64,000 nucleotides of DNA from Candidatus Planktophila sp. (GTDB taxonomy: Bacteria; Actinomycetota; Actinomycetes; Nanopelagicales; Nanopelagicaceae). This document shows positions 1-11,056 of this stretch, piece after piece. The stretch's first letter is position 1; the number at the start of each line of letters is the position of its first letter. The stretch is from assembly GCA_040402235.1 (NCBI GenBank), contig JBBAMY010000004.1, positions 6,070 to 70,069 of the forward strand, read 5' to 3'. The translations under genes were made by a program, and so were the position numbers. The notes under the pieces are model-generated. The model ran no database searches. It worked only from the letters and a program-made list of their open reading frames with translations, and was not told where the DNA came from.

Positions 1-259
1 CTGCTAAAGGTGTCACAAGATTTGTTGCACCTGGACCTGATGTAGCAATACACACACCAACGCGACCAGTTACTTGGGCATAACCTGTTGCAGCATGTCC
101 TGCACCTTGCTCATGGCGAACAAGAATGTGGCGGATAGAGCTAGAGAAAATTGGATCATAGGCTGGAAGAATTGCGCCGCCCGGTATTCCAAACATGACA
201 TCAACGCCAGCAGCTTCTAGGGATGCCACAAGTGCACTCGCCCCATTCATCTGACTCAT
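1..259 (-). CDS. ilvB: Acetolactate synthase large subunit, N-terminal part (runs off window)
   Basis: Manual translation [35 protein letters not shown]...[35 protein letters not shown] has the ThDP-enzyme RHEQ and TSGPGATN motifs; downstream of ilvD. Confidence 0.95.
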   Translation of the reverse strand, partial: MSQMNGASALVASLEAAGVDVMFGIPGGAILPAYDPIFSSSIRHILVRHEQGAGHAATGYAQVTGRVGVCIATSGPGATNLVTPLA

Positions 260-301
260 TGCTCTTCTCCCTTCTTACTCTTTCAATTTGGTGATTAAAC
301 G

Positions 302-325
302 AAAAAACCCTCAGATAACTGAGGG
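302..325 (-). terminator. Attenuator terminator hairpin of the ilvB leader
   Basis: Minus strand CCCTCAG-TTAT-CTGAGGG followed by TTTTTT, between leader peptide and ilvB. Confidence 0.85.
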
Positions 326-356
326 CGGCGCATGATCATTGTTCGATCACGCGCTG

Positions 357-386
357 CTAAATCACCACCACAAATGTTGTGCTCAT
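357..386 (-). CDS. ilv leader peptide MSTTFVVVI
   Basis: 9-codon ORF ending GTG GTG GTG ATT TAG (Val/Ile control codons) ~30 nt before the terminator hairpin; not in the ORF track. Confidence 0.8.
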   Translation of the reverse strand: MSTTFVVVI

Positions 387-457
387 AGGTATATTCTCCA
401 ATGAATTACGCATAAGAGTCAAGGCATGAGATGCACATCTCACAATTTGAGCCAGCA

Positions 458-2131
458 CTACTCGCAGACCGCTCCTTTGGATGCAGATCCCACCAGTTTC
501 GAATACTTAGCCAATACCCCGCGGGAGTATTTGTGACCCAATGGCTTCCAGCCAACTTTTCTGGCCTCAAGCTCTTTGGGGTCCACAAGTAAATCCAATG
601 TGCGATGAGTGATGTCGATTCGCACTAGGTCTCCGTCTTTAATAAATGCAATCGGTCCTCCGTCAACGGCTTCTGGTGCAACGTGTCCAACGCACAATCC
701 AGTTGATCCACCAGAGAAACGTCCATCAGTTAGAAGCAGAGTTGATTTACCAAGACCTGCACCTTTAATTGCACCAGTAATCATTAACATCTCACGCATA
801 CCAGGACCACCCTTAGGACCTTCATAGCGAATTACAACTACATCACCGGCTTGAATTGTTCCGTTTTCAAGTGCATCCATTGCAGCTTGTTCGCGTTCAA
901 ACACTCGAGCTGGTCCTTCAAATGATTCAATTCCAATACCTGCTGTTTTACAAACAGCACCATCGGTGGCAAGTGAGCCACCCAAAATAGTAATTCCAAT
1001 ATCTGTTGAGATTGGTGAAGAAACTGCGCGCAAGATCTGTCCATCTGGATCTGGTGGCGCAATATCTTTCAAATTCTCTGCCATTGTTTTGCCAGTAACA
1101 GTTAAAACATCTCCATGAAGAAGGCCAGCATCAAGTAATCCCTTTAATACAACTGGAATTCCACCTACTTTATCCACATCACTCATGACAAAGCGACCAA
1201 ATGGCTTGAGATCTCCCAGTAGTGGAACCTTTGAGCCAATGCGATGGAAATCATTAAGTTCAAGATCTACTTCGGCTTCATAAGCAATAGCTAGCAGGTG
1301 CAGAACAGCGTTAGTAGAACCACCCAATGCCATCAAAATTGTGATCGCATTTTCAAATGCCTGTTTCGTCAAAATATCACGGGTAGTAATTCCTTGGCGG
1401 ATAAGTTCAACCACGGCAGCACCTGATGCAATTGCATAAGTATCGCGGCGGCGATCAACGGCAGGAGGTGCTGCTGAGCCAGGAAGTGAAAGCCCAATAG
1501 CTTCACCAATACTTGCCATGGTGTTTGCTGTGTACATACCGCCACAGGCACCTTCGCCAGGACAGATTGCACGTTCAATTTGATCCACCCGCTCTTGGGT
1601 AATTAATCCACGAGCACAAGCTCCAACGGCCTCAAAGGCATCGATGATTGTTACATCTTTTCCATCAACTTGGCCTGGCAATGTAGAGCCTGCATAAACA
1701 AAAACGCTTGCAACATCGATGCGAGCTGCTGCCATCATCATTCCTGGAAGAGATTTATCGCAACCAGCAAAAGTAACCATGCCATCTAAACGTTCTGCCT
1801 GCATAACTGCTTCAACTGAGTCTGCAATTACTTCACGTGAAACTAATGAAAAGTGCATTCCTTCATGGCCCATTGAAATTCCATCAGAGACAGAGATAGT
1901 TCCAAACTGCATGGGGAATCCGCCTGCATCAATGACACCTTGCTTTGATGCCTTAGCTAAACGATCTAAAGATAAATTACATGGAGTAATTTCATTCCAA
2001 GAAGATGCAATACCAATTTGTGGTTTAACCCAATCATCATCACCCATTCCAACTGCACGTAACATTCCTCGTGCAGGGGCGCGCTCTAATCCATCAGTTA
2101 CAACTCCCGAGCGCGGCTTCATGTTTGGCAT
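458..2131 (-). CDS. ilvD: Dihydroxy-acid dehydratase
   Basis: [24 protein letters not shown] motifs. Confidence 0.97.
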   Translation of the reverse strand: MPNMKPRSGVVTDGLERAPARGMLRAVGMGDDDWVKPQIGIASSWNEITPCNLSLDRLAKASKQGVIDAGGFPMQFGTISVSDGISMGHEGMHFSLVSREVIADSVEAVMQAERLDGMVTFAGCDKSLPGMMMAAARIDVASVFVYAGSTLPGQVDGKDVTIIDAFEAVGACARGLITQERVDQIERAICPGEGACGGMYTANTMASIGEAIGLSLPGSAAPPAVDRRRDTYAIASGAAVVELIRQGITTRDILTKQAFENAITILMALGGSTNAVLHLLAIAYEAEVDLELNDFHRIGSKVPLLGDLKPFGRFVMSDVDKVGGIPVVLKGLLDAGLLHGDVLTVTGKTMAENLKDIAPPDPDGQILRAVSSPISTDIGITILGGSLATDGAVCKTAGIGIESFEGPARVFEREQAAMDALENGTIQAGDVVVIRYEGPKGGPGMREMLMITGAIKGAGLGKSTLLLTDGRFSGGSTGLCVGHVAPEAVDGGPIAFIKDGDLVRIDITHRTLDLLVDPKELEARKVGWKPLGHKYSRGVLAKYSKLVGSASKGAVCE

Positions 2132-2140
2132 GTGCTCAGT

Positions 2141-3649
2141 CTAGCCCTCTGATTGTCCAAGATGAGCTAATAAAAGCGCACGAACTTTAGCTGCATCGGC
2201 TTGGCCCTTTGTATCTTTCATAACCATTCCGATCAAAGCACCAGCTGCTGGCAAGTGACCATCTCGAACCTTTTGTGCAGTCTCTGGTTGTCCAGCACAT
2301 GCGCGCTCGATAGCAGCCATTAAAGCTGAATCATCATTAACGACCTTAATTCCGCGTGCAGCAATAACTGCCGCAGGCTTTCCTTCTCCAGCAATTACGC
2401 CCTCAACAACTTGGCGCGCTAACTTATCCGTTAAGTCTCCAGCATTGACAAGGGCCACAATCTCGGCCACATCTGTTGCTGCGATAGGTAGATCTTTGAC
2501 TGCCACATCTTTTTCATTAGCAATTCGAGAAATCTCACCTAACCACCAACTACGTGCTTTAGCAGGATCAGCACCTAATGCCACAGTTGCTTCAACAACA
2601 TCGAGCACGTCAGCATTAATCATTGCTGACATTTCCTTATCTGGAACTGCCCACTGTTCTTGCAAACGCTTGCGGTGGATTGATGGTCGCTCTGGCAAAG
2701 TTGCGCGCAGTTGCTCAATCCAAGCTGCATCTGGTGCTACTGGAACTAAATCTGGTTCCGGGAAATAACGGTAATCCTCTGCCTGCTCCTTTGAACGGCC
2801 AGAGCGAGTTAATCCTGTGTCTTCTTGGAAGTGACGAGTTTCTTGTACAACTCGCTCGCCATTATTTAAACGCTGCGCATGGCGAATCATTTCACCGCGA
2901 ATTGCCCGCTCAACAGAGCGAAGAGAGTTAACGTTCTTAGTCTCTGAGCGAGTTCCAAGAACATCAGAACCAATGAGGCGCAATGAAACGTTGGCATCAC
3001 AGCGAAGAGATCCCTGCTCCATCTTCACATCACTGACACCAAGTGAACGTAAGATGTCGCGCAGTTCTGCGACGTAAGCCTTTGCGACCTCTGGGGCATA
3101 TTTGCCTGTGCCAGGAACAATCTTGGTAACAATTTCAACTAATGGGATTCCTGCACGGTTGTAATCAAGAAGTGAATACTCCGCGCCATGAATACGACCA
3201 GTTGCACCACCCACGTGCAAAGACTTTCCAGTGTCTTCTTCCATGTGAACGCGCTCTACTTCAATACGGAAAACCTTTGGACCCTCATCTGTTTCAATCT
3301 CAACATCAACATAGCCATTCACGCAGATTGGCTCGTCATACTGTGAAATCTGAAAGTTCTTTGGCATATCTGGATAGAAATAGTTTTTACGTGCAAATCG
3401 GCTAAAAGGTGCGATAGAGCAATTCAGGGCAAGCCCTATTTTGATTGTTGACTCAATCGCCTTCTCATTGACCGTTGGTAGCGCACCTGGCAGAGCTAAA
3501 CAAACTGGGCAGGTTTGTGTATTTGGTTCTGCGCCGAAAATAGTAGAACAGCCACAAAACATCTTTGATTTTGTATTGAGTTCAACGTGAACTTCGAGGC
3601 CCAGAACTGGCTCGTACTTTGCTACAACGTCATCGTATGTCAGGCTCAT
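2141..3649 (-). CDS. gatB: Asp/Glu-tRNA amidotransferase subunit B
   Basis: [25 protein letters not shown] motifs. Confidence 0.97.
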   Translation of the reverse strand: MSLTYDDVVAKYEPVLGLEVHVELNTKSKMFCGCSTIFGAEPNTQTCPVCLALPGALPTVNEKAIESTIKIGLALNCSIAPFSRFARKNYFYPDMPKNFQISQYDEPICVNGYVDVEIETDEGPKVFRIEVERVHMEEDTGKSLHVGGATGRIHGAEYSLLDYNRAGIPLVEIVTKIVPGTGKYAPEVAKAYVAELRDILRSLGVSDVKMEQGSLRCDANVSLRLIGSDVLGTRSETKNVNSLRSVERAIRGEMIRHAQRLNNGERVVQETRHFQEDTGLTRSGRSKEQAEDYRYFPEPDLVPVAPDAAWIEQLRATLPERPSIHRKRLQEQWAVPDKEMSAMINADVLDVVEATVALGADPAKARSWWLGEISRIANEKDVAVKDLPIAATDVAEIVALVNAGDLTDKLARQVVEGVIAGEGKPAAVIAARGIKVVNDDSALMAAIERACAGQPETAQKVRDGHLPAAGALIGMVMKDTKGQADAAKVRALLLAHLGQSEG

Positions 3650-5142
3650 TTGCTACCTGCTAGCGCTGGAATTGTTGAAAGCAATGGTGCGCCCCACTTT
3701 GAAAGTAGAGCTGCTTCAAGGGCTGCGCCTACTGAATACATTCGATCATCTTTCATAACCGGTGACATGATTTGGAAACCAACTGGTAAACCATCTTCTT
3801 CTGCAACACCTGAAGGCAATGACATTCCGCCAATACCAGCCATGTTCACAGGAATAGTTGCAATGTCATTGAGATACATGGCTAGAGGATCATTAGCCTT
3901 TTCACCGATTTTAAAAGCTGTGGTGGGACATGTTGGTGAAACTAGAACATCGGCCTTCTCAAAAGCTTTATTGAAATCCTGAGTGATAAGTGTGCGAACT
4001 TTTTGCGCACTGCCGTAATAGGCGTCGTAGTAGCCAGATGAAAGAGCATACGTTCCAAGGATGATGCGGCGCTTTACTTCACGACCAAAGCCAACTTCAC
4101 GGGTTAAATTCATAACTGATTCGGCGGATGCTCCATCGTTATCTCCCACGCGAAGGCCATAACGCATGGCATCAAAGCGAGCTAAGTTCGAAGAACACTC
4201 AGATGGTGCAATTAAATAGTAGGCAGCAAGAGCATATTCAAAGTTTGGCGCAGATACTTCAACGATTTCAGCCCCTGCAGCTGCAAGAAGTTCAAGTGAT
4301 TCTTCGAAACGAGTGCGCACACCCTTTTGGTAGCCATCACCGTTAAGTTCTTTCACAACACCAATCTTCATTCCCTTAACGTTGCCTGACTTTGCAGCAG
4401 CAACAACTGCTGGAACTGGAGCGTTAATAGAAGTTGAATCTTTTGGATCATGACCAGCGATTGCTTCATGCAATAGCGCAGCATCTAAAACATTTCGTGC
4501 GCACGGACCTGCTTGATCAAGGGATGAAGAGAAAGCAACAAGGCCATATCTAGATACGCCGCCATACGTTGGCTTCACTCCCACGGTTCCAGTAACGGCA
4601 GCGGGTTGGCGAATAGATCCACCAGTATCAGTTCCAATAGCAAGGGGTGCTTCAAAGGCTGCAAGTGATGCCGCTGATCCGCCACCAGAACCGCCAGGAA
4701 TGCGAGTTAAATCCCATGGATTATGTGTTGGACCGTATGCAGAGTTTTCAGTGGATGAACCCATTGCAAATTCATCCATATTTGTCTTACCTAAAATAAT
4801 AATGTCATTCTTCTTTAGATTTGTAACAACAGTTGAGTCATACGGTGGACGCCAGCCTTCAAGAATCTTGGAGCCACACGTTGTTGGAATACCCTTTTGT
4901 GTCATAACATCTTTGAGAGCAAGCGGGACCCCAGCTAATGGAGAGAGCTTCTCTCCACTTTTGCGCTTTGCATCAACTGCTGCCGCCAGAGCAAGTGCGC
5001 CTTCTGTATCGACGTATAAAAAGGCATGAACATCTTTATCTACGGCAGAAATCTGATCTAGGTGTGCTTGTGTCAGCGCAACCGAAGTAATCTCACCACT
5101 AGCTAATTTGCTAGCCATCTCTGATGCAGAGTTGCGAATCAT
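3646..5142 (-). CDS. gatA: Asp/Glu-tRNA amidotransferase subunit A
   Basis: Amidase signature [30 protein letters not shown]. Confidence 0.97.
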   Translation of the reverse strand: MIRNSASEMASKLASGEITSVALTQAHLDQISAVDKDVHAFLYVDTEGALALAAAVDAKRKSGEKLSPLAGVPLALKDVMTQKGIPTTCGSKILEGWRPPYDSTVVTNLKKNDIIILGKTNMDEFAMGSSTENSAYGPTHNPWDLTRIPGGSGGGSAASLAAFEAPLAIGTDTGGSIRQPAAVTGTVGVKPTYGGVSRYGLVAFSSSLDQAGPCARNVLDAALLHEAIAGHDPKDSTSINAPVPAVVAAAKSGNVKGMKIGVVKELNGDGYQKGVRTRFEESLELLAAAGAEIVEVSAPNFEYALAAYYLIAPSECSSNLARFDAMRYGLRVGDNDGASAESVMNLTREVGFGREVKRRIILGTYALSSGYYDAYYGSAQKVRTLITQDFNKAFEKADVLVSPTCPTTAFKIGEKANDPLAMYLNDIATIPVNMAGIGGMSLPSGVAEEDGLPVGFQIMSPVMKDDRMYSVGAALEAALLSKWGAPLLSTIPALAGSK

Positions 5143-5435
5143 TCTTCACCCAAAATCTGAGGGACCCGGAACCGTTGTTCTTCTTGAGCAGGTGCACCAG
5201 AAAGAGCATCAGCTGGTGAGAGCGATGGAATAACTACATCGGGGCGAAAAACATTACGAAGTGGCAAAGGATGAGAAGTCGCCGCCACATCAGCGCCAGC
5301 AACTTCTTGCACGCGAGCCACTGCATCCAAGATGACTGTGAACTCATTAGAGAGTGCGACTAACTCTTCATCGCTCATTTCAATACGAGCAAGGCCAGCT
5401 AGCTTTGCTACATCATCGCGGGAAAGGCTGGTCAT
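5139..5435 (-). CDS. gatC: Asp/Glu-tRNA amidotransferase subunit C
   Basis: 98 aa, LAGLARI start and FRVPQIL end, directly upstream of gatA. Confidence 0.95.
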   Translation of the reverse strand: MTSLSRDDVAKLAGLARIEMSDEELVALSNEFTVILDAVARVQEVAGADVAATSHPLPLRNVFRPDVVIPSLSPADALSGAPAQEEQRFRVPQILGEE

Positions 5436-5461
5436 GGGTGTGAGTCTAATTAACTTCGCGC

Positions 5462-6721
5462 TTAACTGCGAATTTGCCCGTCTCCAGTTACGATCCAGGT
5501 AGTCGTTGTCATAGCTTCTAGCCCCATAGGGCCACGGGCATGGAGTTTTTGATTTGATATTCCAATTTCTGCACCAAATCCCATTTGCTCACCATCGGTG
5601 AATCGCGTTGAAGTATTGACCATCACTGCCGCGCAATCACTCAGTGCAATAAATCGAGTGGCGTTGGCCTTATTTTCAGTAATGATGGCTTCAGTGTGTT
5701 TGGTGCCATACTTAGCAATGTGCTCACTAGCGGCATCAACTGAGTCAACAATCGCAACATTCATCTCAAGAGTTCCGTATTCAGTGCACCAATTCTCCTC
5801 TGTTGCCACACTCATTGGAATTGACCCTGCTAATGATAAAACTTGTGCATCCCCATGCAGAATAACTCCTGCATCATGTAAAGCCTTCAATACAACAGGA
5901 ACAAAATCCTTTGCAATTGTTGTGTGAATCAAAACAGTTTCAGCAGCATTACACACACTCGGACGCTGGACTTTGGAGTTAATAATAATTGGTAGTGCTT
6001 TAGCCAAGTCTGCAAACTCATCGATGTAGACATGGCACACACCTGCGCCAGTTTCAATAGTTGGAACAGTGGACTCATCCACGACCATTCGAATGAGAGA
6101 TGCACTCCCCCGTGGAATTACTAGATCCACTTTGCCACGAGCATTTAAAAGAGCCTTAACTGTGTCACGATCATCTGATGGCACAAGTTGAATTACATCT
6201 GGAGAAATCTTTGTAGTCTTGAGTGCATCCCGCATGACCGTGACAAGAATTTGATTGCTTGAGGCAGCGCTTGAAGATCCACGCAAAAGTGCGGCATTTC
6301 CTGACATCAACAAAATGACCGCAGCATCAACTGTCACATTTGGACGAGCCTCATACACCATTCCAATTACGCCAAATGGCACAGTAACTTGCTTTAGATC
6401 GATTCCATTAGGCAAAGTCGAATGACGCAATGTGATTCCAAGTGGATCGGGCAACTTACTTACTTGGCGCGCTCCAGTAGCAATTCCTTCTACTCGCGTC
6501 GGAGTCAGCAGTAATCGATCAAGTAGCGAGGAGTTAATCTGTGCTGCACGAGCGCGCACCATATCTTCTTCATTGGCGGTGATAATTTCAGCGCTTCTAG
6601 CAATAATTGCATCTGCAATTGCATTCAGGGCAGCGCTGCGTTCAGCACCTGTGGCAACGTTCAAAGTGCGCGCAGCAGCCCGAGCAGTATCTGCCATTTG
6701 ATTTACTAGTTGTTGGCTCAT
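5462..6721 (-). CDS. proA: Gamma-glutamyl phosphate reductase
   Basis: YEARPNVT, CNAAET, KLHARGPMGL motifs. Confidence 0.96.
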   Translation of the reverse strand: MSQQLVNQMADTARAAARTLNVATGAERSAALNAIADAIIARSAEIITANEEDMVRARAAQINSSLLDRLLLTPTRVEGIATGARQVSKLPDPLGITLRHSTLPNGIDLKQVTVPFGVIGMVYEARPNVTVDAAVILLMSGNAALLRGSSSAASSNQILVTVMRDALKTTKISPDVIQLVPSDDRDTVKALLNARGKVDLVIPRGSASLIRMVVDESTVPTIETGAGVCHVYIDEFADLAKALPIIINSKVQRPSVCNAAETVLIHTTIAKDFVPVVLKALHDAGVILHGDAQVLSLAGSIPMSVATEENWCTEYGTLEMNVAIVDSVDAASEHIAKYGTKHTEAIITENKANATRFIALSDCAAVMVNTSTRFTDGEQMGFGAEIGISNQKLHARGPMGLEAMTTTTWIVTGDGQIRS

Positions 6722-7837
6722 TTAAATCAACACCAAATCATCTCGGTGGACAAGTTCTCGCTCGTACTCAGCACCCATTTCTGCAGCAAGTTCTTTTGTA
6801 GAACGGCCGAGCATCTTTGGTAGATCCTCTGAATCAAAGGCAACTAAACCACGTGCAATCACAACACCATCTGGTCCTACTAATTCAATGGCATCGCCGG
6901 CAATAAATTCACCTTCAACTGCAGTGACACCTGCTGGGAGCAATGAAACACCGCGTTCCAAAATTGCTTTCACCGCACCAGCATCTAAAACTAACTTGCC
7001 ATGTGGCTTAGTTGCATGCGCCAACCATAAAAGGCGTGATGTTGTCTTACTTGCGTGTGCATGAAAGTGAGTACCAAAATCCTGGCCAACCAAAGTTTTA
7101 TCGGCATCTGCTAAAGATGTCAGCAGCATTGGAATACCGGCAGAAGTTGCAATCCGCGCAGCTTCAACCTTAGTGACCATACCCCCACTGCCAACTCCGG
7201 AAGATCCTGCTCCACCCAAAGTCTGGTTTTCGATATCTGCAACAGATGTAACTTCGTGAATACGTTTGGCTCCAGCCTGTGTTGGTGGAGCGTCATAAAG
7301 TGCGTCAATATCTGAAACTAGAACCAATAAATCTGCACTAATCAAAAGTGCGACTAGGGCAGCCAGGCGATCATTGTCGCCAAAGCGGATTTCACCAGTG
7401 CCAACTGTGTCATTTTCGTTAATGATTGGAACTACTCCAAGTTGTAACAAGCGGTAAAGGGTGCGCTGTGCGTTTTGATAGTGAGAACGGCGCACAACAT
7501 CTTCAGTTGTCAGCAATACCTGCGATGCGGTAATTGAATGGCGATTAAAGCTTTGGGTGTATTGGGCAATCAAAAGACCTTGGCCCACTGATGCTGCAGC
7601 TTGCTGCGTTGCTAAATCCTTTGGACGTGTAGTTAAACCCAATGGCGCAAGGCCAGCAGCAATAGCTCCAGAGGAAACGACAACTACTTCAGATCCGCGA
7701 GCTTTGCATGCAGCAACAAGATCAACAAGTTTATTGACCGCAGCAGCATCTAGCGCAGAACCAGCTTTACCGGTGAGAGAGGATGAGCCAATCTTGATGA
7801 CGATTCGCTGTGCAGAAGTAATCTGCGCTCGGCTCAC
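6722..7837 (-). CDS. proB: Glutamate 5-kinase with PUA domain
   Basis: VIKIGSS, NENDTV, FGDND, GGMVTK motifs. Confidence 0.96.
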   Translation of the reverse strand: MSRAQITSAQRIVIKIGSSSLTGKAGSALDAAAVNKLVDLVAACKARGSEVVVVSSGAIAAGLAPLGLTTRPKDLATQQAAASVGQGLLIAQYTQSFNRHSITASQVLLTTEDVVRRSHYQNAQRTLYRLLQLGVVPIINENDTVGTGEIRFGDNDRLAALVALLISADLLVLVSDIDALYDAPPTQAGAKRIHEVTSVADIENQTLGGAGSSGVGSGGMVTKVEAARIATSAGIPMLLTSLADADKTLVGQDFGTHFHAHASKTTSRLLWLAHATKPHGKLVLDAGAVKAILERGVSLLPAGVTAVEGEFIAGDAIELVGPDGVVIARGLVAFDSEDLPKMLGRSTKELAAEMGAEYERELVHRDDLVLI

Positions 7838-9342
7838 TTGTCATCTCCATCCTCTGATTCATTAACGTCAACTGCTGAAATCTTAGGTGAATGTGGGTCT
7901 TCAATGTTGTATTCCCACTGCTTTGCAATCTCGTCATCGCTAAGAACATCATCAACACGCTCGGTTTGCTGCCATGTTGATTCAAGACGTGAATCCTCAC
8001 CGCGGCGATGCAGGTGACCAGCTAGCTGCTCTGCCCCAGCTTCAATTGTTGGCTCCCAATCAAATACGACTTGTGTAAGGCCATCACCGATGCGAACTTC
8101 ACTTCCGGCAACTGCGCCCTTTTTGAAGAGATCCTTTTCAACGCCTAATTGCGCTAAGCGATCAGCTAAGTAGCCAATTGCTTCGGCGTTCTTAAAGTTA
8201 GTTTGACGCACCCAGCGCTCAACCTTTTTACCGCGAACATTAAATGAGCCATCGGCATTGGCTTTAACTTCAAAGCCTGAATCATCAACGGCAACTGGAC
8301 GCAAGATAATGCGTGTGCGAACTTCAAGGGCTGCTGTAGCAGCACGATCCTTTTGAATCAAACGAGCCATTGCATAGGTCAATTCCTGTAGACCTGCGCG
8401 AGATGCCGCAGAAACTTGATAGACCTCATAGCCACGCTCGCGCAGATCGCCTTCAACCATATCTGCCATAGCTTTACCATCAGGGATATCAGTTTTATTG
8501 AGCGCGATGATTCGCACTCGATCTTCTAAACCACCATAAAGCGCTAATTCATTTTCAATAATTTCAAGATCTTGAACTGGATTACGATCTGTCTCCAGAG
8601 TTCCACAGTCCAAAACATGCACGAGCGCAACACAGCGCTCAACATGGCGTAGAAATTCAAGGCCTAAGCCTTTTCCTTGGCTTGCTCCTGGAATTAAACC
8701 TGGAACATCGGCAACAGTAAAACGTGTTTCACCTGCTTGAACAACACCTAAATTTGGCGCAAGGGTCGTAAATGGGTAATCAGCAATCTTTGGACGTGCT
8801 GCAGAAATAGCTGCAATAAGTGATGACTTTCCAGCACTTGGATAACCAACAAGTGCAATGTCTGCAACTGATTTTAGTTCAAGAAAAAGTGTGCGCTCTT
8901 CACCTGGTTCACCTAGTAATGCAAATCCTGGTGCACGTCGCTTTGATGAAGACAAAGCCATATTTCCAAGGCCACCAAAACCAGCTTGGGCTGCAATAAA
9001 AGTAGTTCCAGTTCCAACAAGATCGGCAATCTGTTCACCCTCGGCATCAAAAATAACTGTGCCATTTGGAACGCCCAGGATTAAATCTTCACCTTGGTGA
9101 CCGTCTTTGCGATCGCCATAACCTTGATGACCTGAGGTTGCTTTGCGGTGTGGTGAATGATGAAAGTCGAGCAGGGTTGTAACACTTGGATCAACAACCA
9201 GAATTACATCGCCGCCGCGTCCACCGTTACCGCCATCTGGTCCGCCCAGTGGCTTAAATTTTTCGCGCTTAACAGAAACGCAACCATCTCCACCTTTTCC
9301 AGCAGAAGCGTAGAGAGTCACACGATCAACAAATGTTGTCAT
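7834..9342 (-). CDS. obgE: GTPase ObgE/CgtA
   Basis: Gly-rich Obg fold, GYPSAGKS P-loop, YPFTT, DVPG, NKTD; start moved to MTTFVD (9342), which has a GGGAG RBS. Confidence 0.96.
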   Translation of the reverse strand: MTTFVDRVTLYASAGKGGDGCVSVKREKFKPLGGPDGGNGGRGGDVILVVDPSVTTLLDFHHSPHRKATSGHQGYGDRKDGHQGEDLILGVPNGTVIFDAEGEQIADLVGTGTTFIAAQAGFGGLGNMALSSSKRRAPGFALLGEPGEERTLFLELKSVADIALVGYPSAGKSSLIAAISAARPKIADYPFTTLAPNLGVVQAGETRFTVADVPGLIPGASQGKGLGLEFLRHVERCVALVHVLDCGTLETDRNPVQDLEIIENELALYGGLEDRVRIIALNKTDIPDGKAMADMVEGDLRERGYEVYQVSAASRAGLQELTYAMARLIQKDRAATAALEVRTRIILRPVAVDDSGFEVKANADGSFNVRGKKVERWVRQTNFKNAEAIGYLADRLAQLGVEKDLFKKGAVAGSEVRIGDGLTQVVFDWEPTIEAGAEQLAGHLHRRGEDSRLESTWQQTERVDDVLSDDEIAKQWEYNIEDPHSPKISAVDVNESEDGDDK

Positions 9343-9370
9343 GTCATTAACTCCCTTCACTGCAGAAAAT

Positions 9371-9400
9371 AAAAAAGCGAGCCGTGTGATTACGGCTCGC
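9371..9400 (-). terminator. Intrinsic terminator after rpmA
   Basis: GCGAGCCGT/ACGGCTCGC 9-bp stem with a T6 tract on the minus strand. Confidence 0.8.
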
Positions 9401-9418
9401 CCTTTTTAGAGAAACCTT

Positions 9419-9679
9419 TTATAGAGCTACCGGAACCACAACATTCACTACGCGACGTCCGCGAGCGCGACCGTATTCAACTGCACCAGCTGCTAATGCA
9501 AACAGTGTGTCGTCCTTACCGCGTCCAACGTTCTTACCAGGGTGAAAATGTGTTCCGCGCTGGCGAACTAGGATCTCGCCTGCATTTACTTCTTGTCCGC
9601 CAAAGCGCTTAATACCGAGGTACTGCGCATTTGAATCGCGACCGTTTCGTGTCGAGGAGACACCCTTCTTACTTGCCAT
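9419..9679 (-). CDS. rpmA: 50S ribosomal protein L27
   Basis: [21 protein letters not shown] motifs. Confidence 0.98.
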   Translation of the reverse strand: MASKKGVSSTRNGRDSNAQYLGIKRFGGQEVNAGEILVRQRGTHFHPGKNVGRGKDDTLFALAAGAVEYGRARGRRVVNVVVPVAL

Positions 9680-9690
9680 TTATTTATCCC

Positions 9691-10005
9691 TTACTTCGCG
9701 CCGTTGATGGCGGTAATTTTTACGAGAGTCTGCTTAGCGCGAAATCCCTGACGACGACGGTGACCTGTCTTGTTCTTGTAACGCAAAATATCGATCTTTG
9801 GGCCCTTAGTCTCTTCAAGAACTTCGCCTGTGACCTTAACGCCAGAGAGAAGCTTTGGATCTGAAGTAACAGATGCACCATCTACTACGAGCACTGCAGG
9901 AAATGAAACAGTTGCTCCAACAGCAGCATCGATACGATCAACGGTGACTGTGTCTCCAACTGCCACTTTTTCCTGATGGCCGCCAGCTTTAACGATTGCG
10001 TACAC
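9691..10005 (-). CDS. rplU: 50S ribosomal protein L21
   Basis: [14 protein letters not shown]...YKNKTG; GTG start with GGAG RBS. Confidence 0.97.
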   Translation of the reverse strand: MYAIVKAGGHQEKVAVGDTVTVDRIDAAVGATVSFPAVLVVDGASVTSDPKLLSGVKVTGEVLEETKGPKIDILRYKNKTGHRRRQGFRAKQTLVKITAINGAK

Positions 10006-10068
10006 GTGTAACTCCAGTTCATTTTTAGCCCATGGCGCAGAACCAAAGGTTCCTTCGGGCAGACGCTA

Positions 10069-10097
10069 AGGGTACGCAGCCTCTAGGCCAGGGTCAA
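10069..10097 (-). promoter_or_regulatory. Sigma70-type promoter of rplU-rpmA
   Basis: TTGACC (10092-10097), 17-nt spacer, TACCCT (10069-10074) on minus strand. Confidence 0.7.
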
Positions 10098-10107
10098 ATT
10101 GCGATAT

Positions 10108-11049
10108 CTAGGCCTTGTGGGCAATACGGGTCAAGGCCTTTTCTAGGGCATAGACCGGATCACTAGCCGCGCCTTTGACTTGGGCATCGGCCAGGGCGAT
10201 AGCCCCAACGGCATCGGCAATTTGAGCTGGTGTCCATCGATTTAACTGTCTGCGGGCCTTATCAATTTGCCATGGCGCCATACCTAATTGCCCAGCTAGT
10301 TCAAAAGATTTAACACCACGATTTGCATCTGAAACTTTGGCTAGAGAGCGAAGTGATGAAGCAATAGCACTTGTAATCATTACTGGATCAGTTCCCGTTT
10401 CTAGTGCACTGCGAAGAGCGATGAGTGCTGCCGGTAAATTACCATCCAAAGTTGCATCAGCAACATCAAATCCAGTTGTTTCAACTCTGCCTTGATGAAA
10501 CTTATCAATCATTACTTCATCGATTGTTCCAGCTGGGGCATCAGCTGCAATCTGCCCAACTGCTGATTGAAGTTCCCGCAAATCATTTCCTAACGCCCCT
10601 ACTAAAGCTGAGATTGCTCCTGGGGTTGCCTTGCGTTGCAAATCAAGGAAAAGATTGCGAACAAACTCCTCTTTCTCTGCTTCTTTCTTAATGGGCTCAC
10701 ATGCAATTATCTCTGGCTTAAGCTTTTTAATCGCATCTAATAGCGCTTTACCTTTCACGCCACCTTTATGAACAAAGACCACTGTCGTTGAAGGATCTGG
10801 GGAATTTAAGTATCGAGTGATTTCATCTTTAGATTCTTCTGGCAAATCTTGTAACTCTCGGATGATTAACCCGCGGCGCTCTGAAAACAATGATGGGGCC
10901 AGTGAGTCTGCAATATCGCCAACAATGACATCTGCAGCAAAGAGATTGGTAATTTCACATTTCTCGTCTTTAAGTTGGGCGGTGAGCTTAGTGAGCGCTC
11001 TGTCTGCAAGGGCGGCCTCAGATCCCAGAATAAGGTAGAAGGAATTCAT
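10108..11049 (-). CDS. holA: DNA polymerase III delta subunit
   Basis: PSLFSERR, GMAPWQIDKARRQ; follows comEC; start moved to ATG 11049 (MNSFYLILG) to avoid overlap with comEC. Confidence 0.92.
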   Translation of the reverse strand: MNSFYLILGSEAALADRALTKLTAQLKDEKCEITNLFAADVIVGDIADSLAPSLFSERRGLIIRELQDLPEESKDEITRYLNSPDPSTTVVFVHKGGVKGKALLDAIKKLKPEIIACEPIKKEAEKEEFVRNLFLDLQRKATPGAISALVGALGNDLRELQSAVGQIAADAPAGTIDEVMIDKFHQGRVETTGFDVADATLDGNLPAALIALRSALETGTDPVMITSAIASSLRSLAKVSDANRGVKSFELAGQLGMAPWQIDKARRQLNRWTPAQIADAVGAIALADAQVKGAASDPVYALEKALTRIAHKA

Positions 11050-11056
11050 GTTGCAT

